Shown here piece after piece: positions 1-13,333 of a stretch of 64,000 bases of DNA. The stretch is from NCBI GenBank assembly GCA_963753325.1, contig CAVWBS010000003.1:1128220-1192219 (forward strand), given 5' to 3'. This stretch comes from an uncultured delta proteobacterium. GTDB taxonomy: Bacteria > Desulfobacterota > Binatia > UTPRO1. The notes beneath the pieces were generated by a model that was given only the letters and a program-made list of their open reading frames with translations, ran no database searches and was not told where the DNA came from. A program made the position numbers and the translations under genes. Numbering within the stretch: position 1 is the stretch's first letter; every line of letters starts with the position of its first letter.

Positions 1-880
1 GGCGACTGGCAGGTCAAGAACCCGCGACCTCGAGCCCGGCGGCTGGGCGTTCGAGTTCGCCAACGACTGGTATCCCGACACCGACGACACCGCGGTCATC
101 CTGATGGTGCTGCGCCGCATCGCACGTCGACCGACGAGCGCGCCAAGGCGCGCGCGATCCAGCGCGGCCTCAACTGGACGCTCGGCATGCAGAGCCGCAA
201 CGGCGGCTGGGGCGCCTTCGACACCGACAACCTGCGCGAGCTCTTCAACAAGATCCCCTTCGCCGACATGGAGGCGATGATCGACCCGCCGACGGCGGAC
301 CTCACCGGCCGCCTCCTCGAGCTGATGGGCGACGTTCGGCTACGACCTCGAGATGCGTCGCGCGCAAGCGCGCGCTCGCGCTTCGTCCAGCGGACGCAGG
401 AGCCGAACGGCTCGTGGTGGGGGCGCTGGGGCGTCAACTACATCTACGGCACGTGGTCGGTGCTGAGCGGGCTGCGCGCCATCGGCGAGGACCTGCGCCA
501 GCCCTACGTGCGCCGTGCCGTCGCGTGGCTGAAGAGCGACCAGAACGACGACGGCGGCTGGGGCGAGACGCTGCGACAGCTACGACGACCCGTCGCTCGC
601 CGGGCGCGGGCCGAGCACGCCGTCGCAGACCGCGTGGGCGCTGCTCGGGCTGCTTGCCGGCGAGGACGAGCTCAGTCCGGAGGTCGTGCGCGGCATCGAC
701 CACCTGACCCGCACGCAGCAGGCGGACGGCACGCTGGGACGAGACGCAGTTCACCGGCACCGGGTTCCCGCGGCACTTCTACCTGCGCTACTACATGTAC
801 CGGAACTACTTCCCGCTGATGGCGCTCGGATCGTTCCGCGACGCGCGCCGAGGCGGCGACGTCGGTCGAGCCGAGCGCCG
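1..880 (+). pseudogene. shc: Squalene-hopene cyclase, C-terminal part. The 5' end lies outside the window, the frame is broken near 571 and 738, and the 3' boundary with dxr is unresolved.
   Basis: Frame 1 reads QSRNGGWGAFDTDN, GSWWGRWGVNYIYGTWSVL and DDGGWGE (QW repeats). The sequence continues in frame 2 as CDSYDDPSLAGRGPSTPSQTAWALLGL...GIDHLTRTQQADGT, and in frame 0 as FTGTGFPRHFYLRYYMYRNYFPLMALG. Confidence 0.85.
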
Positions 881-888
881 AGGCCGCC

Positions 889-2142
889 GTGACGCGCGTG
901 ACGCGCCGCAGGCGCGCCGCCGCTCGATCGCCCTTCTCGGGTCGACCGGATCGGTCGGCGTGTCGACGCTGGCGCTCGTCGAGCGCTTTCCGGAGCGCTT
1001 CCGCGCCGTCGCGCTCGCCGCGGGTCGCAACATCGAGCTGCTCGCCGAGCAGGTGCGCCGTCACGACCCCGAGCTCGTCTCCGTCGCCGACGAGGCCTGC
1101 ATCGCCGAGCTGCGGGCGCGCGTGCCGGGCTATCGCGGGATCGATCGTCACCGGCGCGGCCGGGCCGCTCGCGGTCGCGACGCAGCCGGCTGCCGACATC
1201 GTCGCTGTCCGCGCTCGTCGGCGCGCTCGGGCTCGGTGCCGACGCTGGCCGCGATCGAGGCCGGCAAGGACGTCGCGCTCGCCAACAAGGAGGTGCTGGT
1301 CGTCGCCGGGCGCGCTCGTGACGCGCGCGGCGCGCGAGCGCGGCGTCGCGTCTGCTGCCCGTCGACAGCGAGCACAACGCGATCTTCCAGGCGCTTCACG
1401 GTCACGACCGCGCCGAGGTGCGCCGCATCATCCTGACCGCGTCGGGTGGCCCGTTCCTGCGGCACACGCGGCGCCGAGCTCGACCACGTGACGCGCGCCG
1501 ACGCCCTCAAGCATCCGACATGGAAGATGGGGCCGAAGATCACCATCGACTCCGCGACGCTGATGAACAAGGGGCTCGAGGTCATCGAGGCGCACTGGCT
1601 CTTCGACGTCGACGCCGAGCGGATCGACGTCGTCATCCATCCGCAGAGCATCATCCATTCGATGGTCGAGTACATCGACGGCTCGGTGCTGTCGCAGATG
1701 GCCGTGCCCGACATGACGATCCCGATCGCCTATGCGCTCGCGTATCCGGAGCGTCTGCCGCTCGACGCATCTCCGCCGGCTCGATCTGCCGACGGCGGGC
1801 GACGCTCACGTTCGTCGCACCCGATCTCGGGCAGTTCCCCTGTCTCGGCGCTCGCGTATCGCGCGCTCCGCGCCGGCGGCACCATGCCGGCGGTCCTGAA
1901 CGCCGCGAACGAGGTCGCCGTCGAGCGCTTCCTCGCCGAGGATCTCGGCTACCGCGACATCCCGGCGCTGGTGGAGGCGGTCATGGACGCGCACGCGCCG
2001 GCGGCGGCCGCCGATCTCGACGACCTTGCTCGCGGCCGACCGCTGGGCGCGCGAGCGCGCGCGAGGCCTGCGCCGCGGAGCCGACGGCGGATCCGCGTCG
2101 TGCCGCTCGCCTCCCCCGAAGAAAGCGGCGGTGGCGCCCTGA
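889..2142 (+). pseudogene. dxr: 1-deoxy-D-xylulose 5-phosphate reductoisomerase. The frame is broken at least 8 times and the start codon is uncertain.
   Basis: Dxr blocks are spread over three frames: [134 protein letters not shown]. The stop is TGA at 2140-2142. Confidence 0.85.
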
Positions 2143-2173
2143 GCGCGCACGCGCACGGAGCTCGCCGGTGCCG

Positions 2174-3085
2174 ATGAGCGCCCTCACGACGGCGGCGCCC
2201 GCGGTGGCGGCGACGACACCCGCTCCCGAGCCGCGCTCGCTCGACGACGCGTTTCGCGAGTGCGAGCGCATCGCCCGCGCGCACTACGAGAACTTCACGC
2301 TCGGCTCGCGCTTGTTGCCGCGACCGCTGCGACGACACATCGCCGCCATCTACGCGTTCGCCCGCACCGCCGACGATCTCGCCGACGAGGAGCCGGATCC
2401 GGCCGCGCGCTCGCCGCGCTCGACGCCTGGGAGCGGGAGCTCGACGCCTGCTACGCCGGGCAGCCGCGCGCACCCGATCTTCGTCGCGCTCGCGGAGACG
2501 GTGCGCGACGTTCGGCATCCCGGTCGAGCCCTTCCGCGACCTGCTGGCCGCGTTCCGCGATGGACGTGCGGTTCGCCGGCTTCGCGACGTTCGACGATCT
2601 CACGTTCTACTGCGCACCACTCCGCCAACCCCGTCGGGCACCTGGTGCTGCATCTCTTCGGGCACGGCGACGCGGAGCGGCAGGCGCGCGCCGACGACAT
2701 CTGCACGGCGCTCCAGCTGACCAACTTCTGGCAGGATCTCGCCGTCGATCTCGGCAAAGGGCGCGTCTACCTGCCGCGTGAGGACATGGCGCGCTTCGGA
2801 TACGGCGCGGACGACCTCGCCCGGCGCGCGATCACTCCCGCGTTCCGTGCGCTGATGGAGTTCCAGTGCGCGCGCACGCGCGGGCTGTTCGAACGCGGGC
2901 TCGCGCTGGCGGACATGCTCGCGGGCCGCGAGGGGCGTGAGGTGCGGCTCTTCGCCGGTGGGGGACTCGCGATCCTCGAGCGCCTCGCCGCGGTCGGATA
3001 CGACGTGTTCACCGCGCGCCCGACGTTGTCGCGCTGGGCGAAGATCGCGCTGGTGGCGCGGACGCTCGTCGGAGTCGATCGGTGA
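2174..3085 (+). pseudogene. hpnC: Squalene synthase-like HpnC (hydroxysqualene synthase). The frame is broken about 5 times between 2400 and 2620.
   Basis: Starts at ATG 2174. Motifs are [31 protein letters not shown], then alternate-frame pieces [41 protein letters not shown], then [12 protein letters not shown] and [27 protein letters not shown]. It is first in the hpnC-D-E gene order. Confidence 0.75.
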
Positions 3086-4041
3086 CGGGCACCGCGAGCC
3101 TGCTGTCGAGCGCGGCGAACCGTCACGCGCCCGTCCTGCGGGCGGGGCCGCACCACGCATCGCCCCCGGGCGAGCCTGGCGGAACCGCCGCGGGCGGTCC
3201 GCTCGCCGCCGCGTACGCCGAGTGCGAGCGCATCGCGCGCGCCAGCTCGAGCAGCTTCACGGTCGCGTTCCGGCTCCTGCCGGCGGAGCGGCGCGGCGCG
3301 CTCGCGGCCCTGTACGCCTATTGCCGCATGGTCGACGACGCGGCGGACGAGAGCGCCGATCCGGCGGCGGCGCTCGCCGACTGGCGGGCGGAGCTGGGGC
3401 GCTTGCGCGACGGCGTGCCGATCCATCCCGTCGCCGTCGCGCTCGCGGACGCCGTGCGGCGGTTCGCGATTCCGACCGAGCATCTCGCCGAGATCCTCAC
3501 CGGCGTGGAGATGGACCTCGCGCCGTGCGCCTACGAGACCTTCGACGAGCTGCGCGGCTATTGCTACCACGTGGCGGCCGCGGTCGGCCTCGCGGCGCTG
3601 CCGATCTTCGGATGCCGCGACCTGCGCAGCCGGGTGTACGCGCAGGCGCTCGGCATCGCGCTCCAGCTCACCAACATCCTGCGCGACCTGGCCGAGGACG
3701 CCGAGCGCGGCCGCATCTATCTGCCGCGCGAGGACCTGCGACGGTTCGGCTATGGCGAGCGCGAGCTGTACACGCATGCGCGCAACGACGCGCTGCGCGC
3801 GCTGATCGCCTTCGAGGTCGAACGGGCGCGCGACTACTACCGGACGGCGCGTGCCAGCATCGCGGCGCGCGACCGACGTGCGCTCGTCGCCGCGGAAGGC
3901 ATGCGGCTGGTCTACCAGCGAGTGCTGGCGCGCATCGCCGCCGATCCCGACGCGGTGTTCGGACCGCGCATCGGCGTACCGGTGCACGAGAAGGCATTGT
4001 GCGTGCTGGCGGCCTGGCTGCGCAGCCGGAGCGTCCGTTGA
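3082..4041 (+). CDS. hpnD: Presqualene diphosphate synthase HpnD (squalene/phytoene synthase family).
   Basis: Intact 319-aa ORF with [35 protein letters not shown] and [25 protein letters not shown]. The GTG start overlaps the hpnC stop. Confidence 0.8.
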   Translation: MTGTASLLSSAANRHAPVLRAGPHHASPPGEPGGTAAGGPLAAAYAECERIARASSSSFTVAFRLLPAERRGALAALYAYCRMVDDAADESADPAAALADWRAELGRLRDGVPIHPVAVALADAVRRFAIPTEHLAEILTGVEMDLAPCAYETFDELRGYCYHVAAAVGLAALPIFGCRDLRSRVYAQALGIALQLTNILRDLAEDAERGRIYLPREDLRRFGYGERELYTHARNDALRALIAFEVERARDYYRTARASIAARDRRALVAAEGMRLVYQRVLARIAADPDAVFGPRIGVPVHEKALCVLAAWLRSRSVR

Positions 4042-5419
4042 GCGACGCGATCGTGATCGGGGGCGGCTTCGCCGGTCTCGCGGCCGGCGTCGCGCTCGCC
4101 AACGACGGCGTGAGCGTCACCATCCTCGAGCGCCGGCCGGTGCTCGGCGGGCGCGCCTACTCCTACACCGACGCGACCACCGGCGAGGTCATCGACAACG
4201 GCCAACACGCGATGCTGGGCTGCTACCATCACCTCTTCCGCTTCCTCGATCGCATCGGTGCGACCGAGAAGCTCGCGATCCAGCCGGGTCTGCGCGTGGC
4301 CATGCTCGATCCGGAACGCGGCCGCGGCGTGATCGCGTGCCCGCGGCTGCCGAGTCCGCTGCACATGGCGGCGGGCGTCCTCGGCTACCGGCTGCTCGGT
4401 CTCGCCGACCGGGTCCGCGTCCTGATCGGCGGGTTGCGCCTGCTGGCCATGAAGCGGCGGCACGATCCGCGGCTCGCGCGCCTCACCGTCGACGACGCGC
4501 TCGATCTGCTCGGACAGCCCGAGACCACCCGACGCGCCTTCTGGCATCCGGTGGCGATCGCGACGCTCAACGAGACGCCGGCCCTCGCCTCCGCCGACCT
4601 CCTGGCCGAGGTCATGGTCCGGGCGTTTTTTTCCACCAGGGACGATGCCCGTTTCGTGCTCTCGCGGGTCGGGCTCTCGGAGCTCTACACCGACGACGCG
4701 CGGCGCTTCATCGAGGCGCGGGGCGGACGCGTCGAGACCAAGGCGCAGGTGGTCGGCATCGGCGTGCGCGGCGACGAGGTGTCGCACCTCGAGCTGCGTG
4801 ACGGTCGGCGGCTGACGGCGCTGGCCTACGTCAGCGCGGTGCCGCCGCAGGCGCTCTTTCCGCTGTTGCCGCTCGCCGTGCGGCGCGACGTTCCGGCCCT
4901 CGGCGCGATCGAGCGTCTCGCCAGCTCGCCGATCGTCTCGGTCCACGTGTGGTTCGATCGGCCGCTCCTCGACGACGACTTCGTCGGGTTCGTCGGCACG
5001 CGGACGCACTGGTGCTTCAATCGTGACAGGATCAGCGGGCGCGACCCGCGCGGAGGCAGCTATCTCACGTTCGTGATCTCGGGAGCGCGGGAGATGGTCG
5101 ACCTCGACGCCGATCGGATCGTCGCGGAGACGCTCGCGGACGCGCGCCGCCTCATCCGGGAGCGGCCGCGGCCACGGTGCGGCACACGCAGGTGGTCAAG
5201 GAGAAATTCGCGACGATGTCGCCGACGCTCGAGGCGGAGCAGCTCCGCCCCGCGGCCACGACACCGTTCCGCAATTTCCTTCTGGCGGGCGACTGGACCG
5301 CAACGGGTCTACCCGCCACGATCGAAAGCGCCGTCGCGAGCGGGCATCTCGCGGCGGAGCTCGCAGTTCGCATCGCGTCGCCATCGGAGCGGCGTGAGGA
5401 GGCACGGGCGGCAAGTTGA
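4038..5419 (+). pseudogene. hpnE: Hydroxysqualene dehydroxylase HpnE (FAD-dependent amine-oxidase fold). One frameshift near 5155.
   Basis: The TTG start overlaps the hpnD stop (TTGA). It has the dinucleotide-binding motif IVIGGGFAGLAAGVALA...ILERRPVLGGRA. The C-terminus, [11 protein letters not shown]...[24 protein letters not shown], is in a different frame ending at 5419. Confidence 0.8.
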
Positions 5420-5460
5420 GGGGACCACTCCGGTGGCAACGAACTTCTGAAGGGGGGCAC

Positions 5461-5967
5461 ATGAGCACAGAGACGCAAGAGACGGCGGTACGGTGGCACG
5501 GCAACGGGAAGACGAACGGCGCGCGGGGAGAGCGCTCCGGCGTCCTCGTTCACCGCATGGACATCGAGACGACGAAGCGGGTCGAGATCCGCGACCTCAC
5601 GGCGTTGGTGCAGGATGTGGTGCGCGGCGCCGGCGTCGATGCGGGGCTCGTCACGTTGAGCTCGATGCACACGACGACCGCCATCTTCGTGAACGAGCCG
5701 CAGACGGCGCTGCTCGACGACATCGAGCAGCTCCTCGAGCGGCTCGCGCCGCGCGGCGAGGAATGGAAGCACAACGATCCCCGCTACTCGGATTGCGACC
5801 GGCAGAACGCCGACGCGCACCTGCGTGCCATCGTGCTCGGCAGCAGCGCCACCCTGCAGGTCGCCGACGGCGATCTCGTCATGGGGCAGTGGCAGCGCAT
5901 CCTCATGGCCGAGCTGGACGGTCCGCGCACGCGTCAGCTCGTCCTGCAGATTCTCGCGGCTCGCTGA
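5461..5967 (+). CDS. YjbQ/UPF0047 family protein (secondary thiamine-phosphate synthase family).
   Basis: The ORF carries [13 protein letters not shown]...[26 protein letters not shown]...ELDGPR, which is typical of UPF0047. ATG at 5461 chosen as the start. Confidence 0.7.
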   Translation: MSTETQETAVRWHGNGKTNGARGERSGVLVHRMDIETTKRVEIRDLTALVQDVVRGAGVDAGLVTLSSMHTTTAIFVNEPQTALLDDIEQLLERLAPRGEEWKHNDPRYSDCDRQNADAHLRAIVLGSSATLQVADGDLVMGQWQRILMAELDGPRTRQLVLQILAAR

Positions 5968-5974
5968 CCAATCG

Positions 5975-6008
5975 ACGGTCCGGCGCGCCCTCCATCGCGC
6001 CGGACCGT
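5975..6008. terminator. 13-bp GC-rich hairpin between the convergent yjbQ and asnS genes (possible bidirectional terminator).
   Basis: ACGGTCCGGCGCG, an 8-nt loop, then CGCGCCGGACCGT. There is no clear U-tract on either strand. Confidence 0.45.
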
Positions 6009-6023
6009 TGCCTCGCGCCGAGC

Positions 6024-7314
6024 CTACGGCGTCAGGCGCTCGAGCATGCGCGGGAACGGGATCGTCTCGCGTACGTGGTGCAGCCCGCAGAGCCACGCGA
6101 CCATGCGCTCGATGCCCATGCCGAACCCGGCGTGCGGGACGCCGCCGTAGCGCCGGAGATCCAGGTACCAGGCGAACGCCTCGCGCGGGAGATCGATGCG
6201 CGTCGATGCGCGCCTCGAGCGCGGCGAGATCGTCCTCGCGCTGACCGCCGCCGATGATCTCGCCGTAGCCCTCCGGCGCGAGGACGTCGACGCAGAGCGC
6301 GAGCCGGGGATCGGTGGGGTCGGGCTTCATGTAGAAGGCCTTGCTCGCGGCCGGGTAGCGGTGGACCATCACGGGACGATCGAAGCGTTGCGAGAGCACG
6401 GTCTCCTCGTCGCCGCCGAAGTCGTCGCCGAAGGTCATCGGCTTGCCTTCGCCCGTGAGGATCGCGAGGGCCTCCTCGTAGCGCAGGCGTGGAAACGGCT
6501 TCTGGACGCGCTCGAGCGGGACGAGGTCGCGCTCGAGCGCCACGAGCTCGCTCTTCCGCTCCTCGACGACCCGGCCCACGACCTCGACCAGAAAGTCCTC
6601 GGCGAGCGCCATGTCGTCGTCGAGGTCGGCGAAGGCAACCTCGGGCTCGATCATCCAGAACTCGGTCAGGTGGCGCCGCGTCTTCGACTTCTCGGCGCGG
6701 AACGTCGGGCCGAAGCAGTAGACCTTGCCGAACGCCATCGCGCCGGCCTCCATGTAGAGCTGGCCGCTCTGCGTCAGGTAGGCCGGCGCGCCGAAGTAGT
6801 CGACCGCGAAGAGCGTGGTGGTTCCCTCGCAGGCGGCGGGGGTGAAGATCGGCGCGTCGAGGAGCGTGAAGCCGCGGCGGTCGAAGTATTCGCGGCAGGC
6901 GCGCACGACGCCGGCGCGCACCCGCATGATGGCGTGCTGGCGCGCCGAGCGCAGCCAGAGATGGCGGTGGTCGAGGAGGAACGCGGGTCCGTGCTCCTTC
7001 GGCGTGATCGGATAGTCGACGGCCTCGGCGAGCAGCGTCAGGTCACGCACCGCGAGCTCATAGCCGAGCGGCGAGCGGGCGTCGGCGCGCACGGTGCCGG
7101 TCACCTCGACGGCCGACTCCTGTGTGAGCCGACCGGCGCGCTCGAACAGCTCCGCGGCGACGTCCTTCACGAACACGACGCACTGGATCGTCCCCGTGCC
7201 GTCGCGCAGGAGCAGGAAGTGGAGCTTGCCGCTCGAGCGTCGGTTGTACAGCCAGCCCCGCAACGTCACGTCGCTGCCCGCGTGGCTCGCGACGTCCTCG
7301 ACGTAGACGTGCAT
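6024..7314 (-). pseudogene. asnS: Asparagine--tRNA ligase. One frameshift near 6195-6200.
   Basis: Motifs [41 protein letters not shown] and [10 protein letters not shown]. The tail [36 protein letters not shown]...RLTP is in another frame and stops at TAG 6024-6026. Confidence 0.85.
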
Positions 7315-7375
7315 GCGTCCTCCAGGAAGCGCACGGATTGTGCGCACGGAAGGATCGGACTATAGCTGCGGGCGG

Positions 7376-7890
7376 GTGAGGAAACCACATCGCGGCGCGA
7401 GCGCGATCGGGGTCGTGCTCGCGGCCATCGTCATCGCCGGTGTGATCGGCGGGTGCGGCGCGCCAACGCGCAAGCCGCATCAGGATCGCTTTCTTCGACG
7501 AGGATGACCCGACGACGCTGGTCTCCGGCGACATGGACCAGGACGAGGCCGCGTGGCGGAAGGAGCTGGCGCACCAGCGCGCGGCAGCCCGACAAGCCCG
7601 ACGCCCTCCTCAAGGACGATCCACCGACCGGACCCGCGCAGGACGGGAACCGCGCCCGCCACGACGCGCCCCCGAAAGACGAGGGGGTGTCCCAGAAGGA
7701 CGACGCGCGCGATCCCTACGCCCGCATCGACGACGATTTCGACGCCAACGGGGACGTCGAGAAGCCGCCGCCGACCACGTTCTGGGGCAAGGTACAGGCC
7801 GCCGCGGAGAGCGTCGGGCGCGCCAGTTTCGCCGCGATGACCGTCGTCGTGACCCTCGGGATGATGGTCGCGCCCTATCTCCTGCTCTGA
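7376..7890 (+). pseudogene. Hypothetical lipoprotein-like protein with a disordered middle and a C-terminal hydrophobic helix. The frame is broken about twice.
   Basis: GTG at 7376, then a signal/lipobox-like AIGVVLAAIVIAGVIGGCG. The acidic, Pro-rich sequence continues across two other frames and ends in FAAMTVVVTLGMMVAPYLLL. Confidence 0.3.
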
Positions 7891-8750
7891 CGCAGGCGTC
7901 GCACGCACGCAGCCGCGTGTAGGCGCGTTGCAAGCGCCGCGTCGTCGGGCCCGGCGCGCCGTTGCCGATGCGGCGTCGCGCGACGCGCACGACCGGCAGG
8001 ACCTCGATCGTCGACGCGGTGAGGAAGACCTCGTCGGCGGCGAGCGACTCGTCGCGCGTGATCGCCGCCTCGCGAGCGGCATGCGCGCCGCGCCGCGCGA
8101 TCGTCGCGAGCACGTCGCCGCGTGACGCCGGGGAGGATGCCGTGCAGCGGCGGCGTCACGAGCGCGCCGCGCGCGGACGATGAAGACGTTGCTGGTCGTG
8201 CCCTCGAGCACGGTGTCGTCGGCGCCGAGATAGATCGCTTCCCAGGCGCCGCGCCGCGCGCGCGATCATCTTGCCGAGCACCGCGGGAAGGTAGTGCAGG
8301 GTCTTGTGGCTCGGCAGCGTCGCCGTGACCAGCCGGAACGGGAAGAAGCAGATCGCGACGCCGCGTTCCCGCTGCGCCGCGCGAGCGCGCGCGTCGAGCG
8401 GCGTCGCGATCAGCAACGTCGTCGGCCGCAGCCCGCGCGCGGGCACGATGCCGAGCGGCGCCCGCGCCGCGCGAGACCGTCAGGCGAACGGCCGCGTCGG
8501 TCGTCGAGCAGGCCGTTGGCGCGCAGCAGCCGCCGCGATGCGCGGCCGCCAGTACGCGGCGTCGCGCCTCGAACGGAATGCGAAGACGCGCGGCCGAGCG
8601 GCGAGACGCGCCAGATGCTGCGCCAGAGCCGAACGGCCGGCCGCGATAGGTGCGGACCGTCTCGAAGAGGCCGTCGCCGTAGAGAAAGCCGCGATCGAGC
8701 GCGGAGATCCGCGCCGTCGGCGCGCGGACGAGCCGGTCGTTCAGGAGCAC
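7875..8750 (-). pseudogene. pabC: Class IV aminotransferase / aminodeoxychorismate lyase-like. Multiple frameshifts.
   Basis: [33 protein letters not shown] and DEVFLTASTIEVLPVVRV lie in three different minus-strand frames. The gene sits directly downstream of pabB. Confidence 0.65.
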
Positions 8751-8786
8751 GACGCTGCGACCGCGGGCGATCGCGGCCGCGCCGGC

Positions 8787-10139
<1,353 letters not shown>

Positions 10140-10314
10140 CCATTCGTCGCCCCACGGACGCCCGGCGTCGATGAAGAACGGCCGCTCCTTCCGCGCGAGG
10201 ACGCGAAAGAGCGCCCACGGCGCGAGGTGAGAGTGGCAGCTCGCGGGTCTGCATGGGAGTGTTCCTCATAGAGAGCGTGCCGTACCTTCGCAAGCGCGCC
10301 TCTGCCTGGTCGTC

Positions 10315-11228
10315 ATGAACGCCTCGGTCCGGCTTCTCGAGGAGACGCTGCCCGCGACGGTCCATCTCCGCGTCGAGGTTCCCGATACCCACCCGTCGGC
10401 CGCCGTGCTCGGCACCGAGCGCGCCGGGACCGGCAGCCTCGTCGACCCGAGTGGCGTGATCGTCACCGTGAACTACATCGTGCTCGGCGCGCCGACGGCG
10501 CGGCGTCACGCTGGTCGACGGCCGTGAGCTGGTCGGCGAGGTGATCGCGCAGGACTTCGCGTCCGGCATCGCGCTCGTGCAAGGATCGCCGCCGACGGCC
10601 TGCCGGCGATGCCGGTGCGGAGCGAGCCGGAGGTCGCCGTCGGTGACGAGGTGTTCATCCTGGCGAGCGTCGGCGACGCCGGTCGACGCGCCGAGCTCCG
10701 GCGCCGTCACCGCGCTCGACGCCGTTCGATGCCAACTGGGAGTACACGCTCGACCGCGCGCATCTACACGACGGCGATGAATCCCGGACTCGGCGGCGGG
10801 CCGCTGCTCGACACCGCCGGGCGGCTCGTCGGGATCGTCTCGCTCAATCTGAACGAGATCGGCCGCTTCTCGCTCGCGATCCCGATCGAGCACTATCGCG
10901 ACCATCGCGACGAGCTGCTGCGGTTCGGCCGGCGGCCGAGCCGGCCGTCACGCGCGTGGCTCGGGCTCTACTGCTACACGCTGCGGAGCCACGTCGTCAT
11001 CGCCGGATTGCTGCCGGGCGGCGCCGGCGGAGCAGGCGGGCCTCACGCAGGGGGACGTGATCCTCGCGATCGACGACGTCGAGGTATCGAGCACGGCGCG
11101 AGATCTACGAGCGGCTGTGGAGCGCATCGTCGCCGGGGAGCGGGTCGCGCATTGCAGCGTCTACCGCAACAGCGAGGTCGTCGCCGTCGAGGTGACCTCG
11201 GGTGAACGTCGAGGAGTTCTTCGCGTGA
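10315..11228 (+). pseudogene. Trypsin-like (S1C/HtrA-type) protease with a C-terminal PDZ-like region. Multiple frameshifts.
   Basis: GTGSLVDPSGVIVTVNYIV, FASGIALVQ, VFILASVG, NPGLGGGPLLDTAGRLVGIVS, then WLGLYCY...VVIAGLLPGG and GDVILAIDDVEV, across several frames. Confidence 0.55.
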
Positions 11229-12903
11229 TGCGGGCGCGCATGCGCCTCGGCGATTTCCTCGTCGCCTACCTGCAGAAGATCGGCGTCACCCATCTCTTCG
11301 GCATCCCCGGCGATCTCGTTCTCAACCTGTTCTTCAAGTTCGGCCGGCCGCGCGGCCTGCGAGATCGTGACGCTGTCGCACGAGCCCGGCGTCGGCTTCG
11401 CCGCCGACGGCTACGCGCGCGCGACGGGACGGATCGGCGTCGTCTGCGTCACCTACGGCGCCGGCGGGCACAACATGGTGAATCCCGTCGCCGGATCGTT
11501 CTCCGAGCGCGTGCCGATCCTGGTGGTGAGCGGCGGCCCGGGCGAGGAGGAGCGCAAGCTCGGGCAGCTGATCCACCATCAGGCGAAGGAGATCGAGTCG
11601 CAGTTCCGCATCTACGACGAGCTCACCTGCGCCGCCCGCGTTCTCGACGATCCGCGAACGGCCGCCGAGAGCGTCGATCACGGTGCGTGCGCGCGATCTG
11701 GCGCGAGCAGCGCCCCGGCTACCTCGAGATCCATCGCGACATGGTCGAGCGCGACGATCGAGGTGCCGGAGTCGATCCGCGCCTGGGACGGCACGCTCGA
11801 GTTCGCCCGTTCCGACGAGCGCAAGACGGCCGAGGCCGCGCGCGAGACCGCGACCCGTTTCAACGCCGCGCGCAAGCCCGCGGTGATCGTCGGCATCGAG
11901 ACCTTCCGCTACAAGCTCAGCCGCGACGTCGTGACAGCTGGTGGAGCAGATGGGCGCGCCCTGCATGACGACCGTGCTCGGCAAGGGCGCGTTCCCGATG
12001 GACCACCCGCAGTACATGGGCGTCCACATCGGCCCGATCAGCCCGCCGCCGATCCGCAAGCGCATCGACGCCGCCGATCTGGTCGTCAATCTCGGCACCC
12101 TGCTGACCGACATGAACCTCGGCAGCCGGCCGCCGCAGATCATGCGCGAGCGCTCGATCTGGGCGGTCGGCAACCGCGTCAACGCGAGCTTCCACACCTA
12201 TACCGACGTCGGCATCCGCGATTTCGTGCGTGCGCTGCGGCGGGAGCGCCTGCGCCGCCACCACGAGCGGATCGTCTACGCCGACAATCTCCGCGGCGCC
12301 ACGAGCTCGTCGCGTCGCTCGGTGACGGTCGCCGACATGCTGCGCGAGCTGAACCGCTTCCTCGCCGGCAAACGCGGGTTCTCCGTGATCGCGGAGTCGG
12401 GCGACATGCTCTTCGCCGGACTGGACGTACGGGTCGGGCGCGGCGGCGGCTATCTCGCGCAGGGCTACTACGCCTCGATGGGCTTCGGCGTTCCCGGGGC
12501 GCTCGGCGCCGAGATCGGCACCGGGCAGCGGCCGATCGTCCTCTGCGGCGACGGCGCGTTCCAGATGACGGGACCCGAGCTGGCGCAGGCGCCGCGCTAT
12601 GGTCTGCGCCCGATCGTCATCCTCATGAACAACGGCGGCTGGGGGATCTTCCGCCCGATCGCGGAGCGCGAGGATCTGCTCGCCATCCCCAACTGGCCGT
12701 ACGCGGACCTGGCGCGGGCGTGGGGCGGTGCCGGGTACGTCGCCGAGACCGTCGGGGAGTTCCGCGACGCGCTCGCCGACGCGGAGCGCGGGAAGACGTT
12801 CGCGCTGATCGAGACGCGGGTCGGCTCGCGTGATCTGTCGCCGGTCAGCCGCAAGTACATCGAGGCCTCGGCCCGCAAGGGACGCGCCGCGGTCGCGCCA
12901 TAG
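11228..12903 (+). pseudogene. Thiamine-diphosphate-dependent alpha-keto acid decarboxylase (indolepyruvate/phenylpyruvate decarboxylase family). At least 3 frameshifts before about 11940.
   Basis: LGDFLVAYLQKIGVTHLFGIPGD, HEPGVGFAADGYARATGRIGVVCVTYGAGGHNMVNPVAGSF, then an intact C-terminal half with the TPP-binding motif LCGDGAFQMTGPEL...ILMNNGGWG. Confidence 0.7.
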
Positions 12904-12978
12904 CTCGCACGGACCGCCTCCCCGGCGGCCGCGATTCGCCCTCGGCGGGCGCGGATGATAGACGGATCACGAGCCTGC

Positions 12979-13326
12979 ATGCCCACGATCCGCATCGTCC
13001 ACGAGTCCGGCGAGCATCCCGATCAGACCATCGAGTTCTCCGAGTCCGACGCACCGTTCAGCCACGACGGCGAGCCGGGGTCGGTCCTCGACGTGCTGCT
13101 CGGCCACAAGGTCCACCTCGAGCACGCCTGCGGCGGCAAGTGCGCCTGCACGACCTGTCACGTCATCGTGAAGGAGGGCGAGGAGAACCTTTCCGAGATG
13201 CGCGACAACGAGATGGACAAGCTCGATACCGCCCCCGGTCTCACGATGCACTCCAGGCTCGGCTGCCAGGCGGTGGTGAAAGGGGACGTCACGATCGTGA
13301 TCCCCAGGTTCAACATCAACAGCTGA
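12979..13326 (+). CDS. fdx: 2Fe-2S ferredoxin (adrenodoxin/putidaredoxin type).
   Basis: CGGKCACTTCHV...LGCQ cysteine pattern, about 115 aa. Confidence 0.8.
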   Translation: MPTIRIVHESGEHPDQTIEFSESDAPFSHDGEPGSVLDVLLGHKVHLEHACGGKCACTTCHVIVKEGEENLSEMRDNEMDKLDTAPGLTMHSRLGCQAVVKGDVTIVIPRFNINS

Positions 13327-13333
13327 GGCGGCC

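Noticed and set aside
2767-5009. Minus-strand ORFs at 2767-3987 (406 aa) and 3912-5009 (365 aa), and similarly 24816-26582 (588 aa), 9865-10905 and 38563-40101.
   Set aside because: They are antisense to confidently identified genes (hpnD, hpnE, the FAD oxidoreductase and others). They have Arg/Ala/Pro-rich composition and no recognisable domains.
7313-7613. Several short overlapping ORFs (7313-7507, 7431-7613 minus strand, 7533-7922) as separate small genes.
   Set aside because: The plus-strand pieces join into one lipoprotein-like sequence if two frame breaks are allowed. The minus-strand ORF is Arg-rich shadow translation. Confidence in the merged gene is still low.
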